From a virus, in IMG/VR virus record IMGVR_UViG_3300035182_000826, positions 97,453 to 161,452 of that record: 64,000 nucleotides of DNA, one strand, 5' to 3'. Every line of letters begins with the position of its first letter. Position 1 is the stretch's first letter. Under the pieces are notes generated by a model. The model searched no databases. It was not told where the DNA came from and saw only the letters and a program-made list of their open reading frames with translations. Positions 38,991-48,348 of the stretch are shown piece by piece. A program made the position numbers and the translations under genes.

Positions 38991-40145
38991 ATGATTGATT
39001 ACTCGAAACAAACGGACTACACAAAGCGCAAGATGTTCTTGGACCCTGCAGGGTCCGTGTCTATCCAGCGCTACGATGAGTGCGCATTCCCAAAGATCCA
39101 ACAATACACCAAGACGCAGCGTGGTAACTTCTGGATTCCTGATGAGGTGTCACTGACGAAGGACAAGATTGACTACTCAAAGGCAGATGAAGCAACGCGC
39201 TTCATCTTCACGAGTAATCTGCTTCGTCAGACAGCCCTTGACTCTATCCAGGGCCGATCACCCGTGCAGATCTTCACCCCTGTTTGCTCTGTTCCAGAAA
39301 TTGAGGCCTGGGTGCAATGGTGGTCTGCCTTTGAGCAGATTCACAGTGAATCATATTCACACATCATCCGAAACATCTATCAGATGCCGTCTGAGCAGTT
39401 CAACCAGATCCATGATACTGCAGCGATTGTTGACATGCTAAGCAACATCGACAAGTACTATCATGACCTGCATCAGATTAACTGTGCAAAAGAAACACTG
39501 GCAGAGCTGAAGGCGCTTGATAATGCCGAGTTCCACAGAGAGACGATCAATCGCCTTGAGACACTGGTTGCTGAAGATCGTCATGTAAAAGCGATCTATC
39601 TTGCAATGATTGCGTCATATGGGCTTGAGGCGATTCGCTTCATGGTATCGTTCGCCACGTCGTTCGGCATGGTCGAGAACAAGATCTTCATTGGCAACGG
39701 GAACATCATTAGCTTGATTGCTGCTGATGAGTTGTTGCACACGAGCGCCACGGCGTACATCATCCAGACTCTTGTGAAAACTGACGAACGATTCAGAGAT
39801 GCAGCGAATGAGCTTCGTGCTGAAGCGAACGACATGTGGGCTAGTGTGATCAGTGAAGAAAAGGCATGGGCGCACTACCAATTCCAGAAAGGCACTATCC
39901 TTGGGTTGAATGAAAAGATCATGTGTGCTCAAGTTGATTGGCGTGGTCAAGAGACTTCACGTGCGCTGCCATCCATCTGTGGTGTGAAGTATGAAGCTGG
40001 CGTCAAGAGCACACCGCTTCCTTGGATGAACAAGCACCTGAACACGAACAAGACACAAACAGCTCTTCAAGAAAATGAGTCTGTCACATATGTCCTGTCT
40101 TCAATGACACCAGAAACTGACTTCACCGCGCTTCCAAATCTATGA
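38991..40145 (+). CDS. nrdB: Ribonucleotide reductase class Ia beta subunit
   Basis: FW.PDEV, DSIQGR, EQIHSESY, EAIRF..SF and DELLH motifs. Confidence 0.95.
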   Translation: MIDYSKQTDYTKRKMFLDPAGSVSIQRYDECAFPKIQQYTKTQRGNFWIPDEVSLTKDKIDYSKADEATRFIFTSNLLRQTALDSIQGRSPVQIFTPVCSVPEIEAWVQWWSAFEQIHSESYSHIIRNIYQMPSEQFNQIHDTAAIVDMLSNIDKYYHDLHQINCAKETLAELKALDNAEFHRETINRLETLVAEDRHVKAIYLAMIASYGLEAIRFMVSFATSFGMVENKIFIGNGNIISLIAADELLHTSATAYIIQTLVKTDERFRDAANELRAEANDMWASVISEEKAWAHYQFQKGTILGLNEKIMCAQVDWRGQETSRALPSICGVKYEAGVKSTPLPWMNKHLNTNKTQTALQENESVTYVLSSMTPETDFTALPNL

Positions 40146-40585
40146 GCACAGAACCGCTTTTTCAGGCTGATCACCTTAGTGTCGGTCTTCCATCGTGTTA
40201 CTTGTTTGAGTACGATGACAAGAAGGATCCAGATGGCATTCAACGCGACTTTTTGAAAGTGGTGTTGAAGAGCCTCGTGGCTGCTAGAATGTCAGAGTTC
40301 TCTACAAAAGGCGCAGTCAGGAGCGTCTCAGTTGAGATTGATGTGAACACGACACTCTACCCAGCTGAGTTCTTTTTGGCGTTTCATGCGTTCATCAAGC
40401 AGCATCGCCAGTTTTTGACAACGATAGTCAAGAAGACTCAAATTGACGAAACATTGTCAGAACGCATTGAGCTTCCTAGATCGCAGTTCATCGCAATCAA
40501 ATTTCCACCACAACAACAAGCTGTTAGAACACTTGTGTTCCAAACTGACACAGCCATCTTTAAACTTGACAAGGACGAACAATGA
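40142..40585 (+). CDS. Hypothetical protein
   Basis: Coupled ORF in the nrd operon. Confidence 0.6.
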   Translation: MSTEPLFQADHLSVGLPSCYLFEYDDKKDPDGIQRDFLKVVLKSLVAARMSEFSTKGAVRSVSVEIDVNTTLYPAEFFLAFHAFIKQHRQFLTTIVKKTQIDETLSERIELPRSQFIAIKFPPQQQAVRTLVFQTDTAIFKLDKDEQ

Positions 40586-40827
40586 TTACCGTATTTTCTA
40601 AGCCGAACTGCCCGCAATGTGATCAAGCAAAGGCACTGTTAGACGCTAGAGGCGAGCCATACGGTGTTGTCATGCTGGATGTTGGTCAGGTCCGGTCACT
40701 TGAGGAAAAGTACATTACGCGTGAAGAACTTCTTGAGTTGATTCCATCGGCCAGGATGATGCCACAGATCATGATTGATGGCATTGCCATCGGTTCGCTG
40801 TCAGAGCTGAAGAAGTGGCTGGGGTAA
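40582..40827 (+). CDS. Glutaredoxin
   Basis: CPQC active site, MPQI cis-Pro motif, IG. Confidence 0.9.
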   Translation: MITVFSKPNCPQCDQAKALLDARGEPYGVVMLDVGQVRSLEEKYITREELLELIPSARMMPQIMIDGIAIGSLSELKKWLG

Positions 40828-40828
40828 T

Positions 40829-40891
40829 TGTAACGACCTAGCGGGACTGTTACACTTGGGCTATGTACACCCATTGTGCTTGGGCTATAAT
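40829..40891 (+). promoter_or_regulatory. TGTAAC-N14-GTTACA motif plus TATAAT
   Basis: Direct sequence reading. Confidence 0.65.
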
Positions 40892-40936
40892 TCACCTTAC
40901 CGACAAACCAACGGCAATTTGAAAAGGAGTCCCACC

Positions 40937-41236
40937 ATGTCGCAAGCTCAAGTCCAAGCCCAAGTGTCCAAGTCGCAACAAGCCATGGCCGGCCGCAACC
41001 GCTTCTCGTTCGGTCGTACCTTCCTGGCGAACCTGGTCAGCGGCCAAGGTCACCACGACACCCGCAAGCTGGGTGCCTTCCTGGTCGCCGCCGGCTACAC
41101 TAGCTTCGAGAAGGTCGACAAGATGGTCGGCACCGATGAAAAGGCCGCGCGCCAGGTCCTGAACGACGTCGCCGTCGGCGTCGTGACGATGACCCCGGTC
41201 GAACAGCTGCCGAAGAACCTGAACCTGGAAGACTGA
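40937..41236 (+). CDS. Hypothetical early protein
   Basis: AAGGAG RBS; GC3-rich codons; terminator at 41290-41312. Confidence 0.7.
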   Translation: MSQAQVQAQVSKSQQAMAGRNRFSFGRTFLANLVSGQGHHDTRKLGAFLVAAGYTSFEKVDKMVGTDEKAARQVLNDVAVGVVTMTPVEQLPKNLNLED

Positions 41237-41363
41237 TCATTCAGACCCCACCGCAATGAACGCCCTAGTGGCGTTCAGGGGGATTTAGGAGCCGCCCAAT
41301 GGGCGGCTTTTTCGTTTCCGGAATGAACCTGTTCCTAAATATGTAGATTACAGGAGCAACATC

Positions 41364-41714
41364 ATGGACACAATCACTTTCATTGGATACACCGCGCACG
41401 TCACCACCTGGTTGATCTTTGCTGCGCTTGTGTTTATCCTCTTCATGTTCTACAGAATTCAAAAGCAGGAAAAGCTAGACTTTACTGACATGATCACTAA
41501 CAACGGCCGAACTGTGTCACTTACAAAAGTGCTCCAGTTGATTGGTGGTGTCACCGCCACATGGGTCATGATCAAGCTAACTATTGCTGGTAATCTGAAT
41601 GACAGTCTGTTTGGTCTTTACTTGGCCTATGTTGGTGGTATTGAAGGCTACAGCAAGTACGTTGCAGCAAAGTACTCGTACACAGAAACATCTGTGCGTG
41701 ACGCAAAACAGTGA
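41364..41714 (+). CDS. Small multi-pass membrane protein (holin candidate)
   Basis: About three hydrophobic segments; TAAATA at 41336-41341. Confidence 0.5.
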   Translation: MDTITFIGYTAHVTTWLIFAALVFILFMFYRIQKQEKLDFTDMITNNGRTVSLTKVLQLIGGVTATWVMIKLTIAGNLNDSLFGLYLAYVGGIEGYSKYVAAKYSYTETSVRDAKQ

Positions 41715-41724
41715 AGGAAACAAC

Positions 41725-44358
41725 ATGCGCATCACCTTTAGACAAGGTCTCATCGCTTTTCAAAAAGACAATGGAGCTCCACAGTTCCTACAGGCCTCAT
41801 CGACTACTTCTTACGTGACACATGTGGTTTCACCAACCGCAACAGTGATCACATTTGCACATGGCAGCTCTGATTACCTGACGACATTTGACACTCAAGT
41901 AGAAACTGCTTGGGGTCCAGTTACTGCTGGTGTCACGAACTACCTATATTGGGATATGGATTTGCTAACTGGCGCCATTACGCGTGGTATCACACTGCAT
42001 CCTCCAATCTCATCACTGACGGCACCTTCATCTCCATCAAACGACCAGCACTGGTTTGATTTGAGTACAACCACAATGAAGGTCTGGAGCACTTCCAAGA
42101 ACAAATGGATGCCTAAGATCAGACTCTTTGCTGGTTATGTTTCTAATGGCAACACTTCACAAATCACAATGTACGGAGAAGGCTCTCAGGTAGGGCTAAC
42201 TACGGCGACACCGGTGGGCGCCGGCTACATTGTTCGTGACACGTTGTTGAACCCTATGAGAAAGAGTTCTGGTGAGTTCCTGACCACTGAGGATAAGACT
42301 CATGTTGACGCAACAGTTGGCACTTCAGGCGTCTTGGTCCAGCCAGTGAATCGTGTCTCAGTAGTCAGAGCTGGTGAGAACATTCCTGCAATGTCATTGG
42401 TTTACTTCTCAGGTGATGATGTTGTCAAGCTTGCAAGCTCAAATCCAGCCCTATCACCTGCTAGAGTTCCAGTTGGTATCATGCTGGAGGCTGTTGCTTC
42501 TGGTGATGTTGGTGTTCTATCTCCATTTGGTGAAATCTCCTATGACCAATGGGATTGGTCAGGCTTTGCTGGCAGTGCGCTTTACTGTGACACGAATGGC
42601 CAGCTGACAAGAACCCGCCCAGCAGGTCTGTTGGCTTATCGTGTCGGTTTCATCAAAAACCCAACTACGGTTCTACTAGATCTTGACGCCGAGACAAACC
42701 CTCAGGTTTACACCGCCGATGTGAACAGCTTGGTCATTTCTGGCATTTCTCCAGTAGTAACAACTGACACAATCAATGGACTTGGTGAACGGGTAGTAAC
42801 CATCGGGGTGCCAAATTCCACGCTGACATCAAGTGGGTTGATGAGTGCAGCTCAGGCCGTCCAGCTTGACTCATTTAACACTCGAATCACCGCAGCTGAA
42901 CAAGAGATTGTTGTTCTTGAAACTTCAAAATCTGATGTTGGCCACATGCACGCAATTGCTGATGTGACAAACCTTCAGACGACTATTGATGGCATCAACA
43001 CCGCTCTTAATGGGAAAGTGGATAAGGTGGTTGGTGTTATTGGGAACTTTCCAGCTTTTGGAGCAAGTGGTTCCATTGTTGACAGCACTTTTAGTGGCTC
43101 TTCTTTCGCGCTGGTAATTCACACGCACACAATCGCTGATGTGACTGGCTTGCAAAACGCACTAAATGGCAAGTCAAACCGCGTGCACTTTAACAGCTTC
43201 GCTGAAATCTATGAAACTGTTGACCGCACATCATCAGTTGATGTTGGATCTGGCAACACCCTTGTTACTGCGCTCGCGTTGAAGTCAAATGTCGGCCACA
43301 TGCACGCGATTAGTGATGTTTCAGGCTTACAAACTGAGTTGGATGGTAAGTCAAATGTTGGTCACTTGCACACGATTGCCGACGTTTCAGGCTTACAAAC
43401 TGAGTTGAACAACCGCGCATACGTTTCTCACTCGCACACTCCAGCCTCAATTACGGGCGGCACTGCAGGACAAGTGATTGTCTCAAATGGCACCGCTGGA
43501 ACGTGGAGCACTGTTTCGTTTGAAACTCCTGTTGCGCCAGGAACCGTCACGCAGTACTACCGTGGTGATAAGACATGGCAGACGCTGAATAAAACAGCTG
43601 TTGGTCTTGATCAGGTCGATAACACCACTGATCTGAACAAGCCAATCAGCACAGCTACTCAAGCGGCACTTGATTTGAAATCAAATGTAGGACACACCCA
43701 TGTGGCTGCAGACATTACTGATTTTGTATCAGCCACTGATACAGAAATCAATGCTCACCTTGCTGCAGGAGAGAACATCTCATTCAGTACAGTGGCTGGT
43801 CATTTGGTAATTTCTGGGCAGGGTGGCTATGTTTACAAGCCAGTTCATTTGGTCACCACTGAAAACATTGACTTGCAAACACCACCAACCACAATTGATG
43901 GCGTCGCTATTCCAAACCATGGTCGTGTTCTTGTGCAAGCACAAACAGTGCACTCAGAGAACGGAATTTACGTTTATCAAGAAGGTGCTCTTGTCAGATC
44001 AGCTGATATGCCAGTTGGTGCTTCATTAGTTTTTGGTTCATTGGTGTATGCGCTAAGTGGAACAGCATTTGGCGGGTCGCTATTCGCAGTAACGAGTGAT
44101 GATCAGATCGCATTGACTTCTATCGTTGTTGGCACCGATGGAATTGCATTTAAGCATGTTGCCTCAGGGGCCACCGGATCTTCACTAACAGTGCTAGACA
44201 CTGAGGCTGGTCTTAACGAAGATTTCCCAAGCACTGGAAGTGTTGAAACCCTCACATTTGGAAATGGTTTGAAGGTCTACACTGCAGCACCAAATAGTGT
44301 TGAAGTTATTTCCGTGATTAAGACACGGACACTGAACCTAAACATTGACAACGTATAA
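41725..44358 (+). CDS. Tail fibre protein with HxH repeats
   Basis: Repeated KSNVGHxH.IADV.GLQT.L; VGLDQVDNT.D.NKPIS motif; AAGGA RBS. Confidence 0.85.
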   Translation: MRITFRQGLIAFQKDNGAPQFLQASSTTSYVTHVVSPTATVITFAHGSSDYLTTFDTQVETAWGPVTAGVTNYLYWDMDLLTGAITRGITLHPPISSLTAPSSPSNDQHWFDLSTTTMKVWSTSKNKWMPKIRLFAGYVSNGNTSQITMYGEGSQVGLTTATPVGAGYIVRDTLLNPMRKSSGEFLTTEDKTHVDATVGTSGVLVQPVNRVSVVRAGENIPAMSLVYFSGDDVVKLASSNPALSPARVPVGIMLEAVASGDVGVLSPFGEISYDQWDWSGFAGSALYCDTNGQLTRTRPAGLLAYRVGFIKNPTTVLLDLDAETNPQVYTADVNSLVISGISPVVTTDTINGLGERVVTIGVPNSTLTSSGLMSAAQAVQLDSFNTRITAAEQEIVVLETSKSDVGHMHAIADVTNLQTTIDGINTALNGKVDKVVGVIGNFPAFGASGSIVDSTFSGSSFALVIHTHTIADVTGLQNALNGKSNRVHFNSFAEIYETVDRTSSVDVGSGNTLVTALALKSNVGHMHAISDVSGLQTELDGKSNVGHLHTIADVSGLQTELNNRAYVSHSHTPASITGGTAGQVIVSNGTAGTWSTVSFETPVAPGTVTQYYRGDKTWQTLNKTAVGLDQVDNTTDLNKPISTATQAALDLKSNVGHTHVAADITDFVSATDTEINAHLAAGENISFSTVAGHLVISGQGGYVYKPVHLVTTENIDLQTPPTTIDGVAIPNHGRVLVQAQTVHSENGIYVYQEGALVRSADMPVGASLVFGSLVYALSGTAFGGSLFAVTSDDQIALTSIVVGTDGIAFKHVASGATGSSLTVLDTEAGLNEDFPSTGSVETLTFGNGLKVYTAAPNSVEVISVIKTRTLNLNIDNV

Positions 44359-44367
44359 GGAACGATC

Positions 44368-45813
44368 ATGATTATTTTCTTCGATGACACATATGCGGGT
44401 GAGAGAGTTGTTCTTCCAACCACCACAGCTAATGTGCTGATCAATCTCCCAATTGGATTTAATGGGTATACCTTCATTGCTGAGTGCCAAGTTGGAGGAG
44501 ACATCACTGCCACCTTTGATCTAGCAGATCAGGCTAAAGACACTGGCATGACAATGACCCCATTGGTGTTAAGACACGGTGATTCAGCGCAGTTCTTCAG
44601 GACGGAAACAACTTGGGAATACAGAGTCACTAGGGCCGCGGCCTTCAGCCCAGAGCAAGGGCTGATTGGGTCTGGCAACGGAGTCGGCGATGGTAGTACC
44701 GTGACACTTGCTTGGAACTCATTGTTTACCCCAGCGGTGGAATATGTTTCATACAGTTCATTTGCTGGTGAGTTCACACTGCTTCATGGTGGAGTGTACG
44801 TGGTTGAAGTGCAAACATCGATTGACACCCATGGTAGCATTACCACAGAACCTTTCTCTTATGGAACACAGGTCTCGGTGTCATCAATGGAGGTGCTTGG
44901 ACCTTCTCGCACCTATCACTCTAGAAATGACGCCATGACAAGTGGAACAGTGTCATTCACTGATACGTTCGTAGTGCGCGGATTAGACGGTGTGCTTCAA
45001 ACATTTTCTGTTTTGCCTTGGTTGAGTAGTTCAAACTTTCAGACTGATACGCTTACTACAACTTCGGTGGTGAGAATCAGAAAGATCGCGGAATACGAGG
45101 CCCCACTGACAGTGGTTAATTTGTTAGCACTTAACAGCTTTACATCACCTAATCGAGGTCTTGCACTAACCACAGATGGAAATTGGTTTAAATTGACAGC
45201 CAGCACTAGTGAGTTGCTTGGAACTGGCACATCACTAGTTTGTGATGCCACTGCGGCAACTAGCACGAATGTAGATGACTTCTCATACTACACGACCCTA
45301 CAAACATCGCAAACCAATGCGAACTACACCGTGACTCTCGGCGTAAGTATGTTGGGCTTTGCTACGTATCACGACTTGGATCTTGCAATCTACATGCGGA
45401 TGTATCCAGGTGATCAAATTGAAACCAGCCGGGTGATTAAGTTCAACCTCCACCTTGGCAACTCTCCTACAACCTCATTTGCAACAGTTCAAGCTAAGAG
45501 CGAGAACGCAACAACATACGAGCATACCAGTAGTGAGTTCCATCAAGACTTCTCGTCAAATCTTGCAGATGGAACACACACATTGTCAGTTCAGCTTGTG
45601 AATGGTATTTTGAATGCCACGTGGGACAATAGCCTACCAATCATCACAGATCTAGATCTGAAGGTTGAGTTCACTGATGTGAACCCTGGAATCTTCTGGA
45701 GACCTGGAACAATTGGTATTGCTATGCGTGACGCTAGCGGTGTGACTCCAACTACGATTGGCACAACGCCCGGTACACAGATCGTTAGTTTGCATGCTGA
45801 TACCATCATCTGA
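44368..45813 (+). CDS. Putative tail-fibre tip / receptor-binding protein
   Basis: Thr/Ser-rich beta protein directly after the tail fibre gene. Confidence 0.55.
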   Translation: MIIFFDDTYAGERVVLPTTTANVLINLPIGFNGYTFIAECQVGGDITATFDLADQAKDTGMTMTPLVLRHGDSAQFFRTETTWEYRVTRAAAFSPEQGLIGSGNGVGDGSTVTLAWNSLFTPAVEYVSYSSFAGEFTLLHGGVYVVEVQTSIDTHGSITTEPFSYGTQVSVSSMEVLGPSRTYHSRNDAMTSGTVSFTDTFVVRGLDGVLQTFSVLPWLSSSNFQTDTLTTTSVVRIRKIAEYEAPLTVVNLLALNSFTSPNRGLALTTDGNWFKLTASTSELLGTGTSLVCDATAATSTNVDDFSYYTTLQTSQTNANYTVTLGVSMLGFATYHDLDLAIYMRMYPGDQIETSRVIKFNLHLGNSPTTSFATVQAKSENATTYEHTSSEFHQDFSSNLADGTHTLSVQLVNGILNATWDNSLPIITDLDLKVEFTDVNPGIFWRPGTIGIAMRDASGVTPTTIGTTPGTQIVSLHADTII

Positions 45814-45992
45814 TCTTACACAGTAGTTCTCACAACAGGAGCGGCATTGCTTGAGCGGTGCCGCTCTTCTGTTTCGGCAGCACTGCCACCAGGCGTACCG
45901 CACAACCCGTGACTCGCTCACTTCAATCGATGGTCACAAATACAATGACCAAATTGTTCAAATGGAACTGAGCTGAAGTCTCTCTGACCAAG

Positions 45993-46052
45993 TGTAACGG
46001 TTGAGCGCTTGTTACACTTTTCTTTTCCTTGATCCCAAATCTGTGCTAGAAT
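45993..46052 (+). promoter_or_regulatory. TGTAAC-N12-GTTACA motif plus extended -10 (TGnTAGAAT)
   Basis: Direct sequence reading. Confidence 0.65.
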
Positions 46053-46085
46053 AGCTTCAACGTCAACCAAACTGTGGAGTTCATC

Positions 46086-46757
46086 ATGGGAATGTTCAGC
46101 GGAAACAAGAAGCTCGAAACTGCCGGGCCTTCCAAGACGAAGAGGAAGACCGAGTACGAGATCAAGGGCATCCGTGACCTGGCGATCCTCGATGCGTTCA
46201 TCGACTCGCTGACCACCATGAAAGCGACGCTGGAATCCAACGTCAAGATCGCCGGCTTCTCCAAGTTCTTGACTCTGACTGGCGGCCCGCGCCTGACGAG
46301 CTTCGTTGGTGTGGAAGACGTCGGCCGCAGCTCCGTGGAAATGCGCAAGCGTACCTCGCGCAGCGTCCTCACCGAAGAGGAAGTCGAGGTTCTGGAAAAG
46401 AACGGGTACAAGGTCGAGCCCACTGTGATCCAGAAGAAGCTGTTCGCTGTGAACCCGGAATACATGAACGACATGGCGCTGCTCCGGCGCGTCGAGAAAG
46501 CGCTGGCCAAGGTCGTTCCGGAAGATTTCTTCCTCGTGCAAGAGGAAGTGACCGCCAAGCTCGTCTCTGACGAACACATGACGAAGGCCTTTGCTGAAGG
46601 TGCGCCGGCCGAAGTCTTCAACATCATCTCGACGATGGCGCTGAAGACCACGCTGTCCCCCGAGTACGACCAACGGAACCTGCGGGATGACGCGATGGAA
46701 ATCGCCTTCCCGACGAAGCCGGCAATCAAGCCCGCTCGCAAGGCCGCAGTGAAGTGA
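46086..46757 (+). CDS. Hypothetical early protein
   Basis: GGAG RBS; GC3-rich codons. Confidence 0.7.
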   Translation: MGMFSGNKKLETAGPSKTKRKTEYEIKGIRDLAILDAFIDSLTTMKATLESNVKIAGFSKFLTLTGGPRLTSFVGVEDVGRSSVEMRKRTSRSVLTEEEVEVLEKNGYKVEPTVIQKKLFAVNPEYMNDMALLRRVEKALAKVVPEDFFLVQEEVTAKLVSDEHMTKAFAEGAPAEVFNIISTMALKTTLSPEYDQRNLRDDAMEIAFPTKPAIKPARKAAVK

Positions 46758-46776
46758 TGAACTCTGAGGAGAAACT

Positions 46777-47109
46777 TTGATGATGATGCATGAGTTGCAG
46801 ATGAATCGACAGATCTTCGATCCGCGGATCGCTGAGCATGTCGAATCTCTGAAGACCTTTCTTCGCACTGGCAATTGGGGCGACGTCCAATTCCACTGTG
46901 AACTTCCCTTCAACAACGTACCAGCGTGCGTGATGTCCAAGATGCTGTGCATGCTGTTGGGCGTGGCGCCCGAGAAACTGGAAGAACGCATCGCACGGCT
47001 CCAGACCATGAAGCTGGAATCACCGGTCGCAGAGACTGCAGAGCAGAAGCAGCAACGACATGCACGTGCCCATGAACTCGTTCACGAGTTCATCGCTTCA
47101 ATCAGCTGA
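46777..47109 (+). CDS. Hypothetical protein
   Basis: GAGGAG RBS; terminator at 47130-47153. Confidence 0.7.
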   Translation: MMMMHELQMNRQIFDPRIAEHVESLKTFLRTGNWGDVQFHCELPFNNVPACVMSKMLCMLLGVAPEKLEERIARLQTMKLESPVAETAEQKQQRHARAHELVHEFIASIS

Positions 47110-47204
47110 TCACCCTCCGCCCCAAAATCAAGGCCTCTTCGGAGGCCTTTTTTGCGTCCCCGATTTAGGTTTGCGTTCTCAACGATGGGTTTTACAATAC
47201 CAAA

Positions 47205-47765
47205 ATGCGAGAACTTTGGGTGGAATTAAACAAGCGACTTTTGCGATTTGACGGGGTGTCCATTGTGGAACCGTCAGAACTTCCATGGCTGTTCAAAAAT
47301 AAAGTCAGCCCTAGTAAAATCAGAGTCCTTGACACATCTTCTGATGTTGATCAGTACAACACCCAAGTTTCTGAGGCTGAGCAATTAAGGTCAATCACGA
47401 ATGAACCTGTGCAATTGACCTTTGCCTGGGATATTCCAGAGAGCTTCAAAACACTAGATGTGGAAGCGCATGTCGTTGAGTGCCTCGCGAAACGAATACC
47501 AGAGCTCCAGTACGATGACGCTCTCATTGACAAAGCAACCCTTCGAATTGGCACCGAGCTAAGGCTGTTCAAAGATAACGGCCTGATGGATCTGCTAAGA
47601 ACCATCTGCTATGTGTTGGATGTCTTTGAAAAGAGGAACATTGTATGGGGTGTCGGGCGTGGATCATCATGCGCGTCTTACCTGTTGTTCATTATTGGGC
47701 TTCATGAAGTTGACCCAATTGTGAATGACATTGACATCACTGATTTCTTCCACACTGATGAATAA
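47205..47765 (+). CDS. DnaE (Pol III alpha)-like polymerase, N-terminal palm fragment
   Basis: RIGTEL...WGVGRGSSCASYLLFIIGLHEVDPI matches DnaE GPGRGS.AGSLVAY.L.IT..DP. Confidence 0.8.
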   Translation: MRELWVELNKRLLRFDGVSIVEPSELPWLFKNKVSPSKIRVLDTSSDVDQYNTQVSEAEQLRSITNEPVQLTFAWDIPESFKTLDVEAHVVECLAKRIPELQYDDALIDKATLRIGTELRLFKDNGLMDLLRTICYVLDVFEKRNIVWGVGRGSSCASYLLFIIGLHEVDPIVNDIDITDFFHTDE

Positions 47766-47806
47766 GCCGGCCGTGATAAATAGTGAACCACTACTAGGAG
47801 TCACAT

Positions 47807-47995
47807 ATGGCGCTAACACGTTCTTCAAGAGGCAATCTTGTTGATTTTGAATTGCTGAAGATCAAGTCCCAACTGGCCGCAAAGCCAGTTCCACGCGCCG
47901 TTGAAGATCGCAAACAAGTGATTGAGACGGCATCAACCAAGACGGCTGTCGTTGCAGAGCAACCTGCTGTTACTAAGTCACCAAAGAGAAAATAA
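47807..47995 (+). CDS. Small conserved late protein
   Basis: AGGAG RBS; TAAATA at 47777-47782. Confidence 0.6.
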   Translation: MALTRSSRGNLVDFELLKIKSQLAAKPVPRAVEDRKQVIETASTKTAVVAEQPAVTKSPKRK

Positions 47996-48321
47996 TGGCA
48001 TTTGACAAACTGCGCCCGTTGAAGAATGTTATCCTGTTTCAGTTCCTAGACGAAGCAGGCGGCCCGCAAGGAAAATTCCAAGAGCGTACTAATGGTCTCA
48101 TTGTTATTCCGAAACTCGACAGCAACCAAAAGTCACCTCGTTGGGGAAAGGTGGTTGCAGTTGGTCCTGATGTTTATGGTGTCAGTGAAAATGATTTCGT
48201 ACTGATCGAGGGTCTCCAATGGACTCGACACGAGGTATTTGAAGGAGAAAAGATTTGGATGACTAACGACACGAAGGTGTTGATGGTCACTGATGATGAG
48301 TCTCTAACGACATTTAGTTGA
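47995..48321 (+). CDS. groES: Co-chaperonin GroES-like
   Basis: LRPLKNVIL, GLIVIP and GKVVAVGP motifs. Confidence 0.85.
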   Translation: MAFDKLRPLKNVILFQFLDEAGGPQGKFQERTNGLIVIPKLDSNQKSPRWGKVVAVGPDVYGVSENDFVLIEGLQWTRHEVFEGEKIWMTNDTKVLMVTDDESLTTFS

Positions 48322-48348
48322 CAACAGGGGCCGAAGCCCCTGTTTGGA

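Noticed and set aside
43280-43410. 66-bp tandem duplication in the tail-fibre gene as a diversity-generating retroelement template/variable pair
   Set aside because: Differences are not adenine-specific, the copies are adjacent in-frame HxH repeats, and there is no reverse transcriptase in the window.
45918-47009. Long antisense ORFs (also 23308..23970, 31147..31800, 57174..58142, 63600..63995)
   Set aside because: Shadow frames of GC3-rich or repetitive plus-strand genes that have RBSs and recognisable motifs.
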